Below, piece after piece: positions 57,539 to 64,000 of a stretch of DNA of 64,000 bases (position 1 is the first letter of the stretch; each line of letters opens with the position of its first letter). The position numbers and the translations under genes are program-made. Origin of the DNA: an uncultured delta proteobacterium (lineage in GTDB: Bacteria; Myxococcota_A; Polyangia; Polyangiales; JAFGIB01); contig CAVZVA010000005.1 in the NCBI GenBank assembly GCA_963778655.1, positions 448,001 to 512,000 on the forward strand, given 5' to 3'. The notes under the pieces were generated by a model. It was given only the letters and a program-made list of their open reading frames with translations. It was not told where the DNA came from and searched no databases.

Positions 57539-59713
57539 TCACGGGCACTTCTGGATCGACTCGATCCACTCGCCGATCAGCTCGAGGCCTTCTTCGTCGA
57601 CTCGCTCGCTCGCGAGCGGCGGCATGCGGAAGCGATCGGTGGCCTGCATGCGGCGCCAAAGCAGCGAGCTCTCGGGGCTGCCCGGTTTGAGCAGGCGTTG
57701 CGCACCGAGGTTGCCGAACTGGCCAATGCGCCGCTCCGGCACCTGGTCGCACAGCTTGGTGTCCTTGAACGAGCGCGAGAAGCGCAGGTCGAGCGCGCCC
57801 CGGCCGTTGCCGCCCGGCCGGTGGCAGATCGCGCAGTTCACGTGCAGGTAAGCGCGCGCCCGCGTTTCGAGCGGTGCGTCGCCGAACGGATCGGGCAAGG
57901 GCGGCGCGCCTTCCCGCAGCGTCTTGATCCGGTCGATCTCGGGACGAAAGTAGTCGTGATCGAACAACCACTGCAGCTGCCCACTGGGCTCACCGTGCAG
58001 CTCCGTCACGTGGTCGAGCTGGCCGACCTCGGGACCCAGGGTGACGTCGGCCGCATCGGTGTGGCAGCGGAAGCACTGCGAACGGCTCGGGTACATCCAG
58101 CGCACGCCGTTGTCCAGCGTCACGGTCTGCCCGCTGTTCAGCAGCACGGCGTCGCTCTGGTCGTCCTTCCACGCGTACGAGTAGCCGCCCCAGCCGTCGT
58201 CGTGATGGATCAGCAGGCGCGTCTCGTGATAGCGACCGGCGTACACGAAGTTCTTCAGCAGCACGCTGCCCACCGGGAAGTCGAGGTCTCCTTCGGCGAT
58301 GCGTCCGATGCGCCCCGTGTCGGGAATGGCGAAGAAGCGCGTCTTCTTGGCGCCATCCGACCACAGCCGCGCGCTCGGATCGTAGGCGACCACGCCGGGC
58401 GCGGGCTCGCGCGGATCGTCGGGGTCCACGCACCCGGTCTGAGACAGCAGCTTCGGAAAGGCGGCGCCCGCTCCGTCATCCTCGTCCGGCGGCACCAGCG
58501 CATAGACACCGCCTTCGGCCCCGTCGAAATCGTAGCGCACCACGTAGAGCTCGCCGTCGGGGCGCTGCGCGAACGAGACGATGTGAAAGCGGCCGTCGAG
58601 CTCGAGCCGCGCCGTCGGGTCGGACTGGTCCAGCGGAATGCTCCAGATGTTGCCCACGCCGACGTCCGCGTACAGCAGTCGGTCGCGCAACAAGGGCAGG
58701 CGCGTACCGCGGTAGCGATAGCCGACCACGACCGCGGTGCCCTCGCTGTGCGTGTAGTCGGTCAGCGGCTCGACGAAATCCTGCTCGCAGCTGTCGGCGT
58801 CGAAGCACGACTTGCCCTCGCGGATCGGCCAGCCGTAGTTGCCGCCCTTGCGCAGCAGATCGACCTCCTCACGCGAATCCTCGCCCACGTCGCCCACGAA
58901 GATGCGCCCGTCGTCGGGATCGACGGTGAAGCGCCAGGGATTGCGAAAGCCGTACGCGAACACCTCCGGAGCGCCGCCGCCCTGCGCGAACGGGTTGTCC
59001 CGTGGAATCGAATAGGGCAGGCCGCGCTGCGGATCGTCGTGATCCACGTCGATGCGCAGGATCGCTCCGTATTCCGTGTAGGGGTCCTGGGCATCTTGCA
59101 CGCCCTGGTCGTCGCCGTGGCTGTGATACAGGTAGCCATCGGGTCCGAAGGCCACGTGGTCGCCGCTGTGGCTCGAGCTGCGTTGCTCGAGCTCGATCAA
59201 CGCCAGCTCGCTGTCGCGATCGAACGTGCCGTCCTTGCGCACGCTGAAGCGCGCCAACCGCGAGATGTAGCGACCCTTCACGCTGCTCGGAGCCGAGCGC
59301 ACCACGTAGGCAAAGCGGTGCTGCGCGAAACGCGGATGAAAGGCCAGGCTGACCAGCCCATTCTCGCTGCGGCTGAAGTCGAGTCGGTCGTGGATGTCGA
59401 GCACGGTCCGCGCCGGAGGCGCATCCGGAGCGTCCGACAGCTCCAGGATCTGCCCGGTCTGCTGCACCAGGTAGTAGTGGTCAGGGTCGGTGGGAGAGGG
59501 CACGAGCTGAATCGGCTTGCGCGCGCGGCCGCCGTCGGGCAGCGCGCTGGTGAAGGCGCGTTCCAGCGCCAGCTGGCCCGAGGGCGGCGGCCGCGCGGGC
59601 GCGAGGCAGAGCGCATTGCTGGCCCGCTTCGGCGAAGGCGGGAAGCGTTCGACCCGCGGCTCACCGCCGCAGCCGAGCGCGGACAACGCCAGCGCCGCAA
59701 GCCAGGCACGCAT
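57539..59713 (-). CDS. Lipoprotein: PQQ-dependent sugar dehydrogenase-like propeller + diheme cytochrome c domain
   Basis: ALGC lipobox, FHPRF, FGPDGYLY, ILRIDVD, YGFRNPWR, DVG, GGNYGW. LWSDGA.K.R, CFRCH and CAICH heme motifs, MPPL. Confidence 0.88.
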   Translation of the reverse strand: MRAWLAALALSALGCGGEPRVERFPPSPKRASNALCLAPARPPPSGQLALERAFTSALPDGGRARKPIQLVPSPTDPDHYYLVQQTGQILELSDAPDAPPARTVLDIHDRLDFSRSENGLVSLAFHPRFAQHRFAYVVRSAPSSVKGRYISRLARFSVRKDGTFDRDSELALIELEQRSSSHSGDHVAFGPDGYLYHSHGDDQGVQDAQDPYTEYGAILRIDVDHDDPQRGLPYSIPRDNPFAQGGGAPEVFAYGFRNPWRFTVDPDDGRIFVGDVGEDSREEVDLLRKGGNYGWPIREGKSCFDADSCEQDFVEPLTDYTHSEGTAVVVGYRYRGTRLPLLRDRLLYADVGVGNIWSIPLDQSDPTARLELDGRFHIVSFAQRPDGELYVVRYDFDGAEGGVYALVPPDEDDGAGAAFPKLLSQTGCVDPDDPREPAPGVVAYDPSARLWSDGAKKTRFFAIPDTGRIGRIAEGDLDFPVGSVLLKNFVYAGRYHETRLLIHHDDGWGGYSYAWKDDQSDAVLLNSGQTVTLDNGVRWMYPSRSQCFRCHTDAADVTLGPEVGQLDHVTELHGEPSGQLQWLFDHDYFRPEIDRIKTLREGAPPLPDPFGDAPLETRARAYLHVNCAICHRPGGNGRGALDLRFSRSFKDTKLCDQVPERRIGQFGNLGAQRLLKPGSPESSLLWRRMQATDRFRMPPLASERVDEEGLELIGEWIESIQKCP

Positions 59714-59763
59714 CGGAAGCGGCCGACGGATATCACGTCGCACCCCCGGCCCCAAGCCCACAG

Positions 59764-60840
59764 CTACCCGTCCCCATCCCCCCCGCAGTCATGGTCGTCC
59801 TCGTCTGCGCGCGGGCGCGCTCCGGGATCCGACACCGACGGATGCCGCGCAAGCAGCGCCTCGAGCGCGTCGAGCAGCTCGGGCACGCCCTCCGAGGTCG
59901 CCGCCGAGAACGCCAGCAACGGCACGCCGCGCGCGCTCAGAGCGGCGCGCAGCTCGGGCAGCGCGGCGCGCACTTCGGGCAGGTCGAGCTTGGATAGTGC
60001 CACCAGGGCCGGCCGCCGCGCCAGCGCCGGATCGAAGCGCTCGAGCTCGCGCAGCAGCAGCTCGTAGTCGCGCAGCGGCGCGCGCGCCGGATCGGGATCG
60101 AGGCACAGCAGGTGCAGCAGCACGCGCGTGCGCTCGACGTGCTTGAGAAAACGATGCCCCAGCCCCGCGCCATCGGCCGCGCCCTCGATCAGGCCCGGGA
60201 TGTCGGCGAGCACGAAACCGCGTTCGTCGCCGCGCCAAACCACGCCCAGGTTCGGCACCAGGGTGGTGAAGGGGTAGTCGGCGATCTTGGGCCTGGCCTT
60301 GGACACGCGCGCGATCAACGTGCTCTTGCCCACGTTGGGAAAGCCCACGATGCCCACGTCGGCCAGCAGCTTGAGCTCGAGCCTCAGCCGGCGCCGTTCT
60401 CCGGGCTTGCCCGGCTCGGCGCGCGTGGGCGCGCGCTCGGTGGGCGTGACGAAGTGGAGGTTGCCGCGGCCGCCGCGTCCTCCGCGCGCGGCCAGCTGGC
60501 GTTGGCCCGGCGCGGTCAGATCGCACAGCAGCTCGCCGCTGTCGGCGTCGAGCACCTGCGTGCCGACCGGCACGCGCACAGTCAGGCTCCGCCCGCGGTG
60601 GCCGTGTTGATCCTTGCCGCGACCGTGCTCGCCGCGTCCGGCTGCGAGCACGCGCCGGTACTTGAGATCGAGCAAAGTCGACAGGCGCGCATCGGCTTCG
60701 AGCACCACGTCGCCGCCGTTGCCGCCGTCGCCGCCGGCCGGGCCACCAAGCGGCCGGTACTTCTCGCGCCGCATCGCCGAAGATCCGTCCCCGCCGTCTC
60801 CGGCGCACACCTCGACGCTGATCTCGTCGACGAAGTCCAC
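59764..60840 (-). CDS. obgE: GTPase ObgE/CgtA
   Basis: FVDE, GGPAGGDGGNGG, LELKLLADVGIVGFPNVGKST, ADYPFTTLVPNLG, DIPGLIEGA, FLKHVER. Confidence 0.97.
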   Translation of the reverse strand: MDFVDEISVEVCAGDGGDGSSAMRREKYRPLGGPAGGDGGNGGDVVLEADARLSTLLDLKYRRVLAAGRGEHGRGKDQHGHRGRSLTVRVPVGTQVLDADSGELLCDLTAPGQRQLAARGGRGGRGNLHFVTPTERAPTRAEPGKPGERRRLRLELKLLADVGIVGFPNVGKSTLIARVSKARPKIADYPFTTLVPNLGVVWRGDERGFVLADIPGLIEGAADGAGLGHRFLKHVERTRVLLHLLCLDPDPARAPLRDYELLLRELERFDPALARRPALVALSKLDLPEVRAALPELRAALSARGVPLLAFSAATSEGVPELLDALEALLARHPSVSDPGARPRADEDDHDCGGDGDG

Positions 60841-61059
60841 GCGCGTGTTCTATCACTGGAACCGCCGCCCGCCCGCTCTCCGGCATGGCGGTGGCGCGCT
60901 CGACCGCGCCCGCGCCCACGTCCGGCCGGTGGGCGGGGCTTGCAGCGAGACCGGTGGGCCGGGCTGCCTTGGGTCGGGGTGTGTGCTGAATCGTGGCACC
61001 GAGGCGGGGCGCGCTCGATACCGTTCACCCGTGTCGCGGTGTAGCGTACAGTCTGGTGC

Positions 61060-61223
61060 ACCGCCGTCGAGATGCGATCGATCCTCGCAAGCGATGCGGG
61101 CTCGCCCGCTGCGTTGCCACTCCTTGAAATACGAGTTGAAATACGAGGTGTATTCCTGCGTCGTGGCGCCTTGCGCTCAAGCCCACCTCGCCCGCGATCC
61201 CTTGATCTCATCTCGACGGCGGT
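61060..61223. repeat. 164-bp inverted-repeat element (copy A) with GAAATAC-N5-GTATTC core
   Basis: ACCGCCGTCGAGATGCGATC / GATCTCATCTCGACGGCGGT (19/20). Internal tandem TTGAAATACGAG x2 at 61124-61147. Confidence 0.75.
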
Positions 61224-61226
61224 TGC

Positions 61227-61390
61227 AGTCCCCTGGACCCGTGATCCCTCACCTATCTCGACACGCCCTCGCCGCCGCTCGCGGCGTTGCGCGAGCTTGA
61301 AATACCACGCAGTATTCTTGCGATCGCGCGCCTTGCGAGCAACGCCGAACCCGCGCCGATATAGGCAAGAAATCACGGATCCAGGGGACT
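61227..61390. repeat. 164-bp inverted-repeat element (copy B) with GAAATAC-N6-GTATTC core
   Basis: AGTCCCCTGGACCCGTGAT / ATCACGGATCCAGGGGACT (18/19). Right end runs into CTAG. Confidence 0.75.
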
Positions 61391-61394
61391 AGCG

Positions 61395-64000
61395 ATGCCC
61401 GAGGACACTCGCACCGCGCTCGGAAGCGCGCAGGAGCGCTTCGTGCTCGGCCTGCCCGAGCGCGGCCGCGAGCTGCGCGAGCTGTGCCGCGCGCTCGAGA
61501 TCGCACCCCAGGACTCGCGCGTGCTCGAGCAATTGCGGCGCCGTATCCAGACCCTTTACGCCTCGGCCCAGGTGTTCCAGGACCAAGCCCTGCTCGAGCG
61601 GCTGCAGAACGCTATCGCGGCGCTGGACGCGGCACGCGACGCCGAACGCGCGCTGGACCAGGCCGAGCGCGCCAGCCTGCTCGGGCTGTGCGCCGCGCTG
61701 AGCCCCGACGACAACGCCGGGCCGCCGCAGCCGCCCGACTCCGAACGCGTTGCGGCGATGTTTTCCAAGGAGCGCTGGAGCGGAGTGCCGCTGCTCGAAG
61801 CGCTGCCCCAGGCGGCCGCCCAGCCCGATCCCGCGGTGGGCTTGACCCAGAGCGTGGCCGGCGCCCTGCCCACGCCGGACGTGATCGCGGTGCTGGTGCT
61901 CGCCGGGGCCGAAGCGGAGCAGAGCGTGCGCGCGGCGCTGCCCGTGGAGCAGTGCGAGCTGACCAGCACGTCCGAGCCCGAGACCGCGCTGCTGGTGATC
62001 GATCAGGTCGCGCCCGACGTGGTGCTGGTCGAGGCCGCCCTGCTGGCGCGCGGCGGCGAGGACCTGGCGCGCGGGCTGCGTGGCGAGCGCGCCGCCCCGC
62101 CGCGCGCGCTGGTGGCGCTGCTGCCCGAGCGCGTGAGCGAAGTCGACGCGCAGCTCACGCGCTCGCTGGCGGATGCCGCTCTGCGCCTGCCGCTGCCGCC
62201 GGGCGGCCTGCTGGAACGGCTGCTGCGGTTGAGCGGCCGCGGCTTGCGCGCGGCCGCCGGGTTGGACGCGCTCGACGCCGGCACCGTCGACGAGATCGCA
62301 CGCGGGGTGGCCGAGGAAGTGCGGCGAGGCATCGCCGACTCGCTGCGCCAAGGACGCGGCGAGCGCATCGAGCTGGCGGACAAGTCGGAGCTAATGGCCG
62401 CCACCTGGTCGGCGGTCGCGCGCATCCGCGCGCACCTGATGCAGCGCGCCCAAGGCCGCCTGCGCTTTGACGAGGCGCCCTACGCCGGGGGGCCGGCGGC
62501 GCTGGCGCTCACTGCCGACGCGCCGCTCGGTCCGCAACCGGGCATCGCCGAGAGCCTGGAGGGCCGCCGCATCCTGCTGGTCGACGACGATCCCGCGGTA
62601 GTTTGGTTCTTCGCGGGCTTGCTGCGCGAGGCTGGCGCGATCGCGGTCGAAGCCGACAACGGGCGCGAAGCGTTGGAGCTGGCGCGGCAGCGGCCGCCGG
62701 ATCTGCTGATCAGCGACATCCTGATGCCGGGGATCGACGGCTTCACCCTGTGCCGCGAGCTGCGTGGCGATCTCGCACTGTGTCATGTGCCGGTGATCCT
62801 GCTGTCGTGGAAAGAGGACTTCCTGCAGCGCATGCGCGAGCTCGACGCCGGCGCCAGCGGCTACCTGCGCAAGGAGGCCGGCAGCTTGCAGATCCTGACC
62901 ACGGTGGCCGAAGCTCTACGCCCGCGCGCCGAGCTCGCCGCATTGCTGCGCTCGGGCGAGGAGGTGCAAGGCCGGGTGGAAGACCTGGGCGTGCAAGGCC
63001 TGCTGCAGTGTGTCGCGGCGGTGCTGCCCGATGCGCGCGTCGCCTTGCGCGATGCCTGGAACTTGTTCGAGATCGACGTCCGCGGGGGCGCCAACCTTGC
63101 GCTCACCCGCACCGCGTCGGACGGCTCGTTCGCGCGCGGCGCTGGCGCGTTGCGCCAGCTGCTGGGCGTCGAGGTCGGCCGCTACACGGTCGCGCGCGCG
63201 GATGGGCCGCTGCGCGGCGCCTTTCCCGAGCCGCTCGACCGCTTGCTGAGCCATGGCATCGAGCGGCTCGGAGCCCTGCTCGACGCGGTCAGCGATAGTC
63301 GTCTGATGCAGGTCTCCCGCGTGGGCTTCGACGACGAGATCCTCGGCTCGCTGATCAGCGCCACGCCGACGCCGCTGGCCGACGTGGCCGCCCGGCTGCG
63401 GGCGGGCGAGGGCGCCCGCGCCCTGGTCCTGAGCGGCGCGTATTCCGCGCGCGAGCTGGAGCAATATCTGCGCGAGCTCGCGCGGCGCGGCGCCGTGGTC
63501 GAGGTGCTCGGCCCCGAGGGCGAGGATCTGGTGGAGGCGGCTCGTCTAGCGCGCGAGCAGCATCCGGGGAGCTTGTTGCACGCCGCGCAGCGCCCGGCGC
63601 GCGCCTCGTTGCCGCCGACCGAGCTGACCGAGGCGGACGTCGAGTGGGTGCGCCCGCGCCGGGACTTGCTGATGCCCGAGCTCGCGGCAAGCGCAAGCGC
63701 CGAGGCGGATGCGCTCGCCGCCCAAGCTGTCCCCGCGCCGCCGCCCGCCCGCTCGGTGCCGCAGCCGTCGCCTCCGCCCGCGGACCCGGAGCCCGGCGCC
63801 GCGCCGCCGCCCCCACCGCCCCAAGCGTTCAACGTGCGCAGCGCTCGCCTGGACCCGGGGGGCGCGCCCGCGCGCAGCTCGACGCCGAGCCCGCCGCGCG
63901 GCTCGCGCGCGCTCGGCGCGCTGACCCTGCTCGGCCTGGCCGCCGTGGCCTATTTCGGCGTCCGTCTGGCACAGCCGTCGCTGTCGCTGGCTGGCGCACA
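61395..64000 (+). CDS. Multidomain response regulator (HPt-like, pseudo-REC, REC, DUF4388-like, Pro-rich, TM), truncated by window end
   Basis: Absent from the ORF track because there is no stop in the window. My translation gives MPEDTRTALG..., in-frame RILLVDDD...PDLLISDILMPGIDG...PVILLS...GYLRK, then VQGRVEDLGV..LL and TM ALTLLGLAAVAYFG. Confidence 0.88.
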   Translation, partial: MPEDTRTALGSAQERFVLGLPERGRELRELCRALEIAPQDSRVLEQLRRRIQTLYASAQVFQDQALLERLQNAIAALDAARDAERALDQAERASLLGLCAALSPDDNAGPPQPPDSERVAAMFSKERWSGVPLLEALPQAAAQPDPAVGLTQSVAGALPTPDVIAVLVLAGAEAEQSVRAALPVEQCELTSTSEPETALLVIDQVAPDVVLVEAALLARGGEDLARGLRGERAAPPRALVALLPERVSEVDAQLTRSLADAALRLPLPPGGLLERLLRLSGRGLRAAAGLDALDAGTVDEIARGVAEEVRRGIADSLRQGRGERIELADKSELMAATWSAVARIRAHLMQRAQGRLRFDEAPYAGGPAALALTADAPLGPQPGIAESLEGRRILLVDDDPAVVWFFAGLLREAGAIAVEADNGREALELARQRPPDLLISDILMPGIDGFTLCRELRGDLALCHVPVILLSWKEDFLQRMRELDAGASGYLRKEAGSLQILTTVAEALRPRAELAALLRSGEEVQGRVEDLGVQGLLQCVAAVLPDARVALRDAWNLFEIDVRGGANLALTRTASDGSFARGAGALRQLLGVEVGRYTVARADGPLRGAFPEPLDRLLSHGIERLGALLDAVSDSRLMQVSRVGFDDEILGSLISATPTPLADVAARLRAGEGARALVLSGAYSARELEQYLRELARRGAVVEVLGPEGEDLVEAARLAREQHPGSLLHAAQRPARASLPPTELTEADVEWVRPRRDLLMPELAASASAEADALAAQAVPAPPPARSVPQPSPPPADPEPGAAPPPPPPQAFNVRSARLDPGGAPARSSTPSPPRGSRALGALTLLGLAAVAYFGVRLAQPSLSLAGA

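Noticed and set aside
61484..62470. Listed ORFs 61484-62470, 61389-62351 and 62603-63298
   Set aside because: The real gene is the frame starting at 61395, which carries receiver-domain motifs and runs off the window.

Overview
Very GC-rich bacterial DNA. The gene repertoire (Cys-rich lipoproteins with DAG-rich linkers, ECF/FecR-TPR pair, Hanks kinase, REC-DUF4388 protein) suggests Myxococcota, probably Polyangia-like (inference). I support about 44 CDS and one pseudogene fragment. Housekeeping genes (dapE fragment, rlmN, corA, Uup-type ABC-F, queG, obgE, a murA-like gene) are interspersed with many secreted or lipoprotein genes and small catabolic enzymes. I found no rRNA, tRNA, CRISPR array, transposase, integrase or phage gene. 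Most notable: (1) a family of 150-170 bp intergenic inverted-repeat elements sharing a GAAATAC-N5/6-GTATTC core with apparently compensatory stem changes, plus 48-50 bp CTAAAT...TTAG palindromes that supply stop codons; (2) a non-acylating ALDH fused to an Fe-ADH, unlike AdhE; (3) a GH12 domain whose nucleophile Glu appears replaced by Tyr; (4) a coupled Zn-peptidase/ATP-grasp ligase pair; (5) an ECF/anti-sigma locus flanked by small putative beta-barrels rather than a TonB receptor; (6) a cluster of adhesin-like lipoproteins; (7) a divergent MurA paralog. All family assignments come from motif recognition by eye, with no database searches. Start codons were chosen by eye.
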